Below, one piece after another: positions 28,113-39,250 of a DNA stretch of 64,000 bases (the stretch's first letter is position 1; each line of letters opens with the position of its first letter). The notes under the pieces were generated by a model. It was not told where the DNA came from, searched no databases, and was given only the letters and a program-made list of their open reading frames with translations. This DNA is from Takakia lepidozioides (lineage: Eukaryota > Plantae > Bryophyta), in the NCBI GenBank assembly GCA_030704615.1, contig CM060731.1, positions 73,594,001 through 73,658,000 on the forward strand, given 5' to 3'. Position numbers and translations under genes: made by a program.

Positions 28113-31100
28113 ATGATGAACATTATATTGTCTCGACACTACATTGAAGCTTATTTTTTTGCATTACTAGTACTAAATGGGTTGTGTATTACAAGTAAGG
28201 TATATGGGGCCCATATTGATTTACGAGCTGAAGATGTTTTGCACATCAAAGTGAAGACCCTACATGATGCAGGAGTTAAAGGGGGTTTAACAGTGGTAAC
28301 CCGTCTGAATTCATCATTATTGGACACACCAACACCATCATATTTTTGGGGTGCTATACCAGCACATGCTGTAAATGTGATTTGCAAGAGGATCAACGGC
28401 GGGAATGATATCATCCCTATATCCATCACTGCCTATGGTGCAACAAAGAGACATACTCTTCAGGTACAGTTCAACTAATGTCAATATTAAATAATAACCA
28501 AGTAGCCAATATGGTATAATATCAGTTGTGGGTTCAAAACCACATAAGTGTGTTGGATGTCGTAAAAGTGTCCACCTTCCCATTGGAATTTGAAGGCAGT
28601 ATAAGGGCCGCTTTACACTAGGGCCCAAGCCCAAGACCAAGTGAGAATGGAGCATTCCCATTGGCAGAGGCCTGAAAATTGGGCCCAACGGCTTTACACT
28701 ACGGTCCGAGCCCAAGAAAATGGAAGTGGGTCATTTGCCTACATGGCACAAGTTTTGGCACCAACTTCTTGGGCTGGACCAAGAAAAAAAAACCCTCCTA
28801 CAATGGAGACCCAACTCTCAGCTCTTGGGCCCAAGAAGTTTGGTATTAAAATAGACTATTTTTGTGCGATCATGACTGTTTGATCATGACCGTTGAAGTT
28901 GGCCCAAGACCAGCCCAAGAGTTGTAGAAATTGGGCCCAGGATTTCTTGGGCTTGGGCTCTAGTGTAAAGCGGCCCTAAGTCATTTGGGTGAAGTAAGAC
29001 CATAAGTTATATTTGCCAACAAAGAGTCATTTTTTATTTTATTTTTCAACTATATTTAAATGGCCATATCCATATATGAGGGATAACCTCATATGATTAC
29101 ATCTTTGGATTTTGGATATCCTCATTTGTATCATTTTTGTTAATGGAATAAACAATTCAAATCTAGATAAGTCAATCAAGAGCAAAATAATAAATTATTT
29201 ACATATGTAATTAACGCACTCTTTTTAGTTTCAAGCCTTGTGATCTTCGATGGGCTTGTTTTGTGAAGCCTAGCATGAACATGAACATTGTCAAGATATA
29301 ATAAGGAGGATTTTGAGTATCCCACATATGTATGTACATGTAGGTATTATCTTCAAAAGGATGTGATTCATCTAGTAAACCACCAGAGGGAGTGGAGGCC
29401 GTCTTCTCTGATGAAGCAGGACATAAGAGCGTTGTGAGTCATTTTTTCCCAACCAACATATACGCTTACATCTAATTTATTAACATTATTGTATCCTCTT
29501 ATAATATATAGCTTTGTCATTAATATTGTTGATCGTCCACTATTTGTTGATCACATTTTATCAATCTATTTACAGAACTGGTAATGCACCCAAAAAGGTG
29601 AATGTCATTTTCGTCAATGAAACAAAATATGATGGACCTCTTGTTGTGCGTTGTTTCCAAACCCAACAATATCATTCATTTGACATCGTCTTTTTTTTAT
29701 ATCTCTATATTTTTAGTTTTTTTTTGTTTCGGCTTTCTCACATGAATTATTTTAAACTATAATTTCCTGTAATTACTAAACAATGTCTTTGTCTCAATGT
29801 TCTTTATGCAACTTTGTGTACTAGTTTGTAAATAAGATGAATGTATGGACATTTTGTCCAATTTTTATGTCGAAACCCTACATGTTACGCTCATGAATAT
29901 TTTGACAAATTTTCATTGTATTTAGTGGCATAAAAGTTGAGCAATTCATATTGTGTGTGTGTGTGTGTGTGTGTAGATATTACAATGATATACTTGAGCT
30001 CGTCTACTTGAGATATATGTGCTAGACGTTCATTTGTATACAAAAGTAATGCGTGAAGTACTAATGATTTTGTGTTTTTACACAGCTACTATGTCACAAA
30101 TCAAATCATACACACACATGCGGGTGTGCCATGCATATGATAGGCAAGAAAGCAAATGCCATCGTTAGTCAATATGAGGGTGGCAACTATATTCATGGTG
30201 TTAATCCTATGCACTCCATGACTGCGTCTATTGGAAATCGTAGGCTACTTGATGTACCAACATGTGTAACCACTGGAGCAACTGCGGGTACTATTTTCAC
30301 TAAGTTCATTGTAACTTGATAGGATAAAATATCAGTTAGCAAAATTTCCCACTTCCTTTCAAGGATTTTAAAATCCAAACAAGTCTCTTTGCAAAACACT
30401 ACAGCCTAGTATATTTAGTATGACCTTTGAACTAGAGTGGATAGCCTTGTGGTTGGGTCTTACCATATTTGTGCTTTGCTTGTACATAACCTAGGTGATC
30501 TAGGGTTCAAAGTGTCCATCTTTCATGCAGTAGTATTCCTTTGGGTTGAAAAGACAAGTGTTAAACTTATGCTTCATTAGGGAGGAGTCAGCCTGGTTAC
30601 TCCTACTAGATATATATATATATACACATGAACACAAACATATGTTGTTTTTGTAGGTTAGCACAATATCCTTCAAAGTTCACAATATATAAAGTCTCGT
30701 CAAACATGAAGTTGTTGGGGCATTTTACTCCAATATGCTTTTGAGAAGCAACTATCATCATGAAATATTAATATTGCGTAAGTTATATACTTTGGATCGT
30801 ACAATTCGGTGGGTTCTTGTAATTAGAGAGGTTTGGCCAACCACGTTGCTCCGGTTGCAGCCGTTGGAAGGTTTTTACCTCCCAATACAAAAGTAGTAGC
30901 ACTTCAGGGAGAAGTGACATCATACATGAGGAGAGAGAGAGAGAGGACTCTGGCCAAAGCTAGCTTAACTAAGAGCCCTTTCACCTTGCTTTTATTACCT
31001 CCTATAATAAAAGGCTCTATGAGATAAATGATAGTACCAAGCAACACTATAAATTAGACCTACTTCAGTATAAGTCTTCCTCTTAATAACAATATTGTCT

Positions 31101-32895
31101 TGTAGGTTATATTATAGTTTTAATATTTCTAGTACAGCTCTCAAACTCTATTCTAACATATTTATTTAATTTGTTTGTACTGTGAACAGCTGGGATAGCA
31201 GCTGGTGCAATAGTGATTTATAACATAGCTGCTTTCACGGCCTCTTGTATGATGCTTGGACCAATAGCCTTTCCAATATGTCTGGTGGCTGTCTTTGCTG
31301 CGTCTGGAATTGCATTTGCAGGACCGTTTATTATTGCAGCTTGCGCTGCTAGTTGCTTCCCAGGTATATTTGATGTTTTTTATTCCTTTGCATCCATCAA
31401 TATATATTCAACATCACTTTTCTATTGGAAATAGTGGAAAAAAAAAGAATTAACGAGATCGAATATTCACATGATGCATAGTAACAATATTAAAAATAAA
31501 ATAAGACTCTTGTGGTCGAAGCAGCGTAACTTATATGTCCCTCGAGCCTAAATGGCTGTTGAATTTTATAGTAGCTCTTCGAAGCACCATAATTTATGTC
31601 TGTTTTGGCAGTCCAGTCCAGTCTTCTTCCTCCTCCTCGCTAGGCCTCATCTTTCGCATTGCTTATCCTCAATGTGGTCAAGCTTTCATATCTAGAGCAT
31701 TTTCTTTCTAAGGATATTGTAATCAGGATGCATTATTTCTGCAGGTGACGCATTAGTTACATTGCCAACAGGATTGCAGAAGCCCATGTGGGAACTCACT
31801 GTTGGAGACCAAGTATGTCATCTACCCAAACACATGCAATTAATGTAACATGTAATTTATTGTATATATATATATTCTGAATCCAAACATGAAAATGTAT
31901 AGGTATAACATGGAAGTGTAAAACTTGTATCATCGGACTTGGAATTATTGCTGTTTTATTTGACTTGTAAGAAATATTTTGCTTTCAGGTAGCGGTGATG
32001 AAAGTAGATGGGCGCATGACATTTGATGAAGTCTACGCCTTTGGTCATAATGATGCTCACACTATGGCGTTCTTTGTGAAGCTCACTCTACAACCCGTTG
32101 GCGTCAGTGGTGATGACTATGTTGTGAAAACGCTTGAGCTTAGTGCTCGTCATTTTGCTCCCGTCTCTCCAGGTATTGATCACAAGAGTAGGTTGTCCAA
32201 GCTCATTGAAATTGTCTTTAAGATATTTAATCTTTGGTTTCAATGCTTGATGTTCCCATTCAAGCTTATTTCAATTGACATTATATTCCCAATTCCACAA
32301 ATTTGTCAAGATTGTTGAAGACTTTATGTCTTCTTCCAAATGCGCAAACTCCAATTACATTGAGAATGGCAAATCAGTGGGCTTTCTGCAATCAATCCCA
32401 TTTTTTTTTCATTGGCTTGTTGAATATGCTTCTTACTTTTTTAGTTTATTTTCCAGAGTAATTTTCTGCCCCCCAAGTTTTTCGAATGTAGCTCCACTTG
32501 AAAGACTATATGAATGATCACATGACTATATTAAGTCTAAGGGCAAGTAATCTTCCGTAAATTTTTGATAAAGATTAAGCATCCAATAGATGACCCAATT
32601 GTTAGGGTACAAGGCTGCCTCACAAATGGTCATGGGTTCGAAGCCACATAGGTATATGTTGGACGTCACCTATTACAGCCAACCCATCTATAAAATGGGG
32701 GTCGTTGGGTCAACTGGACACCTGATATGTAGATACTTAGGAACTGTCGAGTCAAGTTGGGGAGGTTTGAGTAACCATGTTGCCCTAATAGTTACGGCCA
32801 TTATAAGGTTTCTATCTTCCAAATGGAAGGCAGTAGCCCTTTGGGTTGACGGTGATATCATGTAGGTTTTGTTCAAGTTTTGGAAAGACCCCCCC

Positions 32896-32932
<37 letters not shown>

Positions 32933-34182
32933 GGCCACAACCATGAATTGACTTAGGCATGCATCTTCTTGATCAGCTCCTTATCTTGTCTTTAGTAAGT
33001 TATCTAGATCTATGCAGGTTCTTTCTTATTATTAAACTTGTTCACTAACTCATTAGTACGCACATTACTTGCACATTACAAACAAACATAGAATGTGTCA
33101 ATTATAATTAGTAACAATCATTATGTTATTTGTTTTTACCCAGGGATGAATGGCAAGAAGGTATACAAACGAGCTAAGGACATTCACATAGGCGACTACA
33201 TGTGGGTCAACTTAAATGGCGACAACACTGATCTTGAGCAGCTCATTGTGATAGGTTTGATTACAATCTCACATTAATTTTACCTTTAAATGCCTCAAGT
33301 ATGTGTTGTTGACAAATTTGGGCCACAAGAGGGCTACAAAATTTTATGTAATTACCTGCACCAAGACTTGAGGGTCACTTCTTCAAATATATCTGATATA
33401 TATATTAGGATGCTCACATATCTCTATATACAAAACCAAAAAAGTCTAGTCATTTTTCAAACAAGAATACTAAAATTGAGAGAGAAAATAACGGAACATT
33501 AATACGTGACAGATTCGGTGGTGACGGTCAAGGCGGGGTTGTACAACCCCTTCACATTGAATGGCAACATAGTTGTGGGCGATGTGGTGGCATCCGTGCA
33601 TAGCGATTGGTTCCTTGATGACATGTTTGACACTATTGCAATCACCCATTGGCTTCCTGCAACTTATCAGGTATATTGGTTTTAAGCTTTAATGTGTTCA
33701 TTGTGGATCAGAGAAGCATCTAGATCGTAAATTGATTTTCTTTTTCTTTTTCCATGGTTACACCTATCAAGAAATTCCCTAATTGTCCTAATTGTCTAGT
33801 GTGACCTCCCAAAATAAGCAAAATTATGGTATCTCTTGACCCCAAAGGGCTATGACCTTCCAATAGAAAGGTGAACAGCTTCAGCCCAGTATTGTCCAGT
33901 ACTTTAAACGTTCGGGCTTCATAAATCTTATTTTTGACTTTGGTTGTTTTGTTACATGAACAATGGCAGATGGTGTTGGCTCCAGTGCGGATGCTCTACC
34001 GTGTACTATCAAGAGATGCATACATCAAACTTTACCACTTTTTGGATATCCATTTGGATTTTCCCCAATTGGGCACTCTCTATGGTGGGAAGGTTGTGGC
34101 TACCATGGCTGCTTCAACACTATCCGCATTATTTGTTCGAAGCTTCTTCATTTTGAAAAAATATTCTTTAACGTTTAAATAG
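28113..34182 (+). CDS. Secreted Hedgehog-type Hint (Hog) domain precursor, 9 exons, ~516 aa (524 aa if ATG 28089 is used)
   Basis: Manual exons, all GT-AG and phase-compatible with no internal stop: 28113-28463, 29344-29433, 30086-30287, 31190-31363, 31745-31812, 31989-32172, 33144-33254, 33513-33670, 33970-34182. Hint motifs: S|CFPGDALVTLPTGLQKPMWELTVGDQV, FDEVYAFGH, LELSARHF, AKDIHIGDYMW, GLYNPFTLNGNIVVGDVVASVHS. SRR-like LAPVRMLY. N-terminal hydrophobic signal (YFFALLVLNGLCITSKVYG). Exons 4-9 are strongly supported; exons 1-3 are moderately supported. Confidence 0.85.
28605..28976. mobile_element. PIF/Harbinger (Tourist-like) MITE in intron 1 of the Hog gene
   Basis: ~32-bp TIR GGGCCGCTTTACACTAGGGCCCAAGCCCAAGA ... 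TCTTGGGCTTGGGCTCTAGTGTAAAGCGGCCC; TAA TSD on both sides. Confidence 0.9.
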
Positions 34183-34851
34183 TAAAAATCTTAGGGTCTG
34201 TTTACAGTGAAGACTTATGATATGACACATGAATTAATTGATTAGGGTCAAATGAAAATTTAAGGCAAAGAGCAATTGTAGGAAACATCTTCATCTTGTG
34301 TATTGATCAGTGCGCACTAGAGGAATATTATTAGGCGGAGTGAATGTGACAAATATGTTTGTTATACTATTGCTATGGATTTGTGAAGGAGCTCATTATT
34401 CTGTGAATAAAATTGGTGCATAATCATGATGGTGCACTGGAATGAGTGAAAATTAGTTTAATATAAGTAGAATAAGGGGTATATCAACATCGGAAAATTT
34501 CGGAAATTAATCTCAACACTATCATGTTAAGATATGGAGATAGAAGTTGTAGATAGATATTTGTCTAATCTAGCATTGGGACTAATTACTAATATAATTA
34601 CCTTAAGAATAGTGACATCTTGCAAAATAATATTACAAATGGTATATGAGAGAGATGCGCCAGTTCACATTCATATATAAAGGAATCAGTCAGGCAATGT
34701 AAGGGCCTACACTTGTCACATTTGGTTATATACACAACCAATGAAATATAATTAGTGAAGGAAGCAGACATAATCATGAACTCATACTTGTAGTTTGTAC
34801 CCTTATTATTGAATTAGAAAACTTATAATGATAGTTGTTTTACTCTGTTAA

Positions 34852-35870
34852 CCCCTAAGCGACGAGCCGATCGGGTCGGACCGATTTTTCATCCATCCAT
34901 AGCATGCACGGATGAAGTCCGATGAACGAGTGGCTTGAATGAAAAATGTAGCGCGGAAGGAGCTGCACACGCAAGTCTTTATGGCGCCCCCAACAGAGAA
35001 AAACTCCGCCGTCAGGAAGTTTTTGAAGTTTGGAAATTGCAGGATTTTGGGTGGAGGGGGGGGGGGCACGGCAGTTGACCGTCGACGTGGCAGGTGGCAG
35101 CGGCCACGCGGGTGGGATTTTGCGGCGGGGGCAACCTGCAGGGGTTGGAGTTGGGGGCTTGTGAGGCCCTCCCCAAAACGATGACGAACAGGGGACGGCT
35201 CGAATGAGCTGGCCCTGGCAAATAATGGGAAACCTCGACGTGGCCCGGAAAACGTCACCGGATTCAGGCGAAATTCCGGCCACCGATTGCCTGACCTAGG
35301 GGAGGCCGGAAATTTCACAAAATCCCACATCCCAAATGCAATTTAGGGAATTTTTGGGAAATTCTTGGGCAGGCTTGTGTAGTTCTTGGCCAATGAGGGA
35401 CTGACCGTTGGAATTTCCAAATGAAGGAGAATTTGGGGTCCCAATGGGGCCTATACCATTTCCTTTGCAAATTCTCTTTTTGGACCCCCATTCCAATCAC
35501 ATACAAAGCACCCCCCCTTTCATTTTGGCAGATTGGGGTGAAATTTGGTGTGAGGGTTTGGGATTGTGCACTTCACAGGTATATAGCACTTTTTCTCCCA
35601 GGAAAATTTGGGATCATGGATAATTTGCTTGGTCAAACATGAATTTTTGCTTTGTTTTTTCCATTTTCAAAAAAATGCATCGTCTTCAAATGTTATAATC
35701 TCCCAAACTACACGGTGGAATCTCCCTAAATTTGGGGGGCTTGTGAATTAAGAAGCAGTTTGTACGGTTCATCCAGGTGGATGAACGTTGGTGGACAGGT
35801 AGCCGCTGACGTGTGAGGGTGGGTCCCGGAATTGTCCAAAAACCCACAAACACCTCTAGTCCTTTAGGGG
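34852..35870. mobile_element. Non-autonomous piggyBac-like element (~1.0 kb)
   Basis: TTAA at 34848-34851 and 35871-35874; termini CCCCTAAGCGACGAG ... CTAGTCCTTTAGGGG (imperfect 15-bp TIR, 12/15 match); GC-rich left half; no transposase. Confidence 0.7.
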
Positions 35871-36356
35871 TTAATATAGGATCCCAAGATGAATAAGAAT
35901 AATATCTGAATGCTCATTCCCATGGAAACTTCAATTATATCCTTTAATAATGCATGTATATTCTCCCGTGTGGACTGCTGAACTCACGCAATGGGAGAGT
36001 GCCGCCCTCCCTAGTTCCTCTCGGCTAACCTCGCCGCCACTCACTAATTTAGGAAACCCGCTTATGTAATCCCTCCTTATTCCAGTCGCCATACCAATTT
36101 GTTTTAGCGGGCCCTCTACCCTAGTCAAGACACCGCTGTTAGTGAGGCTTGCCGCCATAGCTCTCCAGCCCCTGTGTTATTGCTCTACACCTCTCATCCC
36201 CCCCCTCCCTTGGTTCTTTCTCTCTTTCATAGCAGTTTGAGCTATCTCACGGCGGTTTCTAGCTTCTGCCGAGCTAATGATGCTCATCTCGAGTTCACAC
36301 ATGAATGCCCCCCCCCCCCCCCCCCCCCCCGCCCCCCCCTCGGCTAACGCATACAA

Positions 36357-37200
36357 CACTACAAGAGAAACTGGCTTTTTTACACCTTTTTTTACACCTG
36401 TAGGTGTAAAAAAAGCCACCTGTTCACACCCCCCAGGGTGTGAGGTAAACCGTGTTGATTCCGCCACCCTGTAGAAAAGGCCAATAGTGTCGAAAAACCC
36501 ATCTTACACCCGTTTACACCCGGACGTGGCGCCCGGCCTGGCTGGCCGCCTTTTTCACATGGCTTTTTTTACACCCGTTTTGGCTGGCAGGTAGCCTTGT
36601 GGTTGGGTGTTTGTGCCTTGCCTGTACATAACCTAGGTAATCCTAGGTTCAATCCTTCAACATGTGCCTTCAGACCATCCATTGGGCCCTCGATGGCATG
36701 TGTGTTAAGCATTAGGCTCTGTAAATTCACTGGACGTTAAAAAAAATTTATCTTATCTTACACCCGTTTCGACTGAAGTTTTTGACGGCTTATCTTACAC
36801 CCTGGTTGACAACGTGGCAGACACATGGTAGTCGACGATTATGCTGCGTAGGTTGAGAAAAATTAAGTGAAATTAATTTTTATTTTTAATATATTGACAA
36901 TTGGATGATGTGAAGCCACCTACATGTAAGTTATAATACACTTGTGTGCAATAATCTACACCAAATTCACACCTTGCTGGACAACGTGGCAGTCGACAAT
37001 TATGCCACGTAGGTTCAGAAAAATTAAATGAAATCAATTTCTATTTTTTTAATATATTGACAACTGGATGATGTCATGCCACCTTCATGTAAGTATTTAT
37101 GACAGGTGTCATGTGTGACGTTACTTGCATGTGGGTTATTGTACACTTGTGTGGAATAATTTACACATGTGATAGTTCACATTGGTGTAAAAAAGTATTC
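36357..37200. mobile_element. Left end of a CACTA element (right end not found)
   Basis: CACTACAAGAGAAA at 36357 followed by multiple TTACACC/GGTGTAA subterminal repeats and a ~170-bp internal duplication (~36808-37170). Confidence 0.65.
36591..36656 (+). repeat. tRNA-derived SINE-like head, related copy at ~30442-30510
   Basis: TAGCCTTGTGGTT (A-box-like) ... GGTTCAATCC (B-box-like); two similar copies in the window; no cloverleaf. Confidence 0.4.
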
Positions 37201-38589
37201 ATTGGCAAATATACCCATTTAATCAAATTAAAACGAGGAAAATTGTTCTCAAAATGAGCCTGATAGGCATACAGAAAAGGGACATCGCCCAAATGCCTCA
37301 CCATGCTAGAAAGTACCAAGGAAGTACCAAGGAAGTACCATTGCCTTGCTCCTAGCAGTTGAAAATGAAAGCCTAGATCTGTTCTGGGAAACACCCAACT
37401 CAACTTATCACACTAGTTCTTCAAGCATCTCAGCTCATATGCCTGTGCGTAGGCTCCTCTCATTAACATGGAAACTTAGGGCTGATTTTGATAAGAAGAA
37501 AAAACAGGGTGAAATGTGTTGAAGAAGGTGCCTTGAGTAGCAATGCCTGATTTAGTATCAATTCCGCCGCTGCTGCTGCAGCTTCCAATTAACCATCTAC
37601 CTTGGGGGGGTCACTCCCCGTATTTTCAAAACATCGTGAGAACAAATATTGGGTGTAGTTTATATTTTTGAGATAAATTTTAGAAATTTTTTGTTAGAAA
37701 ATATGGTAGGACAATATCTTTTCACCCAGTTTTTTAAAAAAAAATGTCACAAAAAATCCAGAGTTTTACTTAAAAAGTTAATGTAATAAAGGGTTTTATC
37801 TATAGTATAATATATCCATCATTGTGAAGTTTCTCATATTTCATCCAACTCTAATCTATCATGATGAAATCTTCTCAAAACTTCATTCATTCATTAGGCT
37901 TATTTGATGAATAAGCCCGCTCTACCCAAATCTGGGGGTCCTTCGATTATGATGTTTTTGAATTGGTTCTCTAAAGGTAGAGGTCACCTGAAGTTCAAAT
38001 ATGATTCCAGTGATACATAGTGGATTGATGTTGAGACCATAATCTCAACAGTGACTATGACATTTGAACTAACTCAGAACTTGTACTCTTTAGATCCAAG
38101 TGATGTTGCGGTTGTGAATGAGTTTGTGGCTAATGAAAATTAAACTTTTCTTTGGGTCCAGCATTTTACTTATGTATGAGATGTTGTTTGTGTACATGCT
38201 TTGAAATTTCATAATTATTTAAAAAGACAATTTAAAATAGGGTCTAATTAATTGTTGTAAAAACAATTATAAAGAAAAATAGGGTATTATGAAACAAAGG
38301 GTTTTATAATATTACCTAAAGATAGGGTGGAAAAAAATGCAAAGTTTTAAAAATATAGCCTAGTATAAATATACATTTGTACGCACGTGAGAAATAACGT
38401 ATAGTGACCCCCTGTACCATCTACCCATGCAGGTTGCTAGTAGCTATTGATCCACATGGTATCATAGGTAATCTAGAGCTTGAAGTCCGGCCCTCTTCGC
38501 TGAATCTGGACCCACACTCTATCCCTGCTCCTTCAGTTATCCATGTCTCCGCACAAATCATACACTCACCCTTGTCTTGCTGCTAGCAA

Positions 38590-39250
38590 TATGGATGGAT
38601 ACGAACTAAGGGATTTGAACTCTTTTGCCATAAAAAAAGAGTTTCTCAACACGAAACTTTTGTGACAGTGTTATGGTTTAAGAATCTGCATGCTTTAGAA
38701 CCAATATGGAGGGATATGAACTCAGAGATAGAGAGAGAAGACTCCAGCCGAAGCCGGCATAACTAAGAGCCACTTCACCTTTTGGCTACTGCCCCCTTTC
38801 GGGGGTGAACTCAGAGATATGAACTGCTAGTTCGGCGTAGCAAAAGAGTTTCTCAACATGAAACTTTTCTCTAACAGTGTTTTTGTTCTAAAACCTACAT
38901 GTTTTGAACCAATATGGAGGGACGTGGACTGAGAGATTTAAATTGCTTCGCCATAACAAAAGAGTTTCTCAACACGAACTCTTCTCTGACAGTGTTTTTG
39001 TTCAAAAACCTGCATGATTTTGAACCAATATGGAGGGGAATGGACTGAGAGATTTAAATTGCTTCGCCATAACAAAAGAGTTTCTCAACACGAAACTCTT
39101 TTCCGACAGTGTTTTTGTTCAAAAACCTGCATGATTTTGAACCAATATGGAGGGGAATGGACTGAGGGATTTGAATTGTTTCGTCATAACAAAAGAGTTT
39201 CTCAACACAAAACTCTTCTCTGATAATGTTTTTGTTAAAAAACCTGCGGA
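38590..39250. repeat. Tandem repeat, ~117-118 bp unit, about 5 copies
   Basis: Recurring gagtttctcaaca at ~38640, 38846, 38962, 39078, 39196, with gaaccaatatggaggg between them. Confidence 0.9.
38731..38805 (-). mobile_element. Short retroposed element (75 bp) with (TC)n tail and 14-bp TSD
   Basis: TGAACTCAGAGATA at 38717-38730 and 38806-38819 flanks the insert; related copies at ~23729-23800, ~27325-27370 (opposite strand) and ~30932-30987. Confidence 0.75.

Noticed and set aside
29575-29597. Possible micro-exon (AG|AACTGG...AAAAG|GT) in the Hog gene
   Set aside because: It does not preserve the frame between exons 2 and 3; the alternative frame that would use it has a stop at 28378 and lacks the signal peptide.
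31354-33603. Hint domain as a true intein
   Set aside because: No terminal His-Asn followed by Cys/Ser/Thr, no homing endonuclease, and an SRR-like region follows; it fits the Hog type.
38590-39250. CRISPR-like array
   Set aside because: Whole units repeat with no unique spacers; eukaryotic context; no cas genes.
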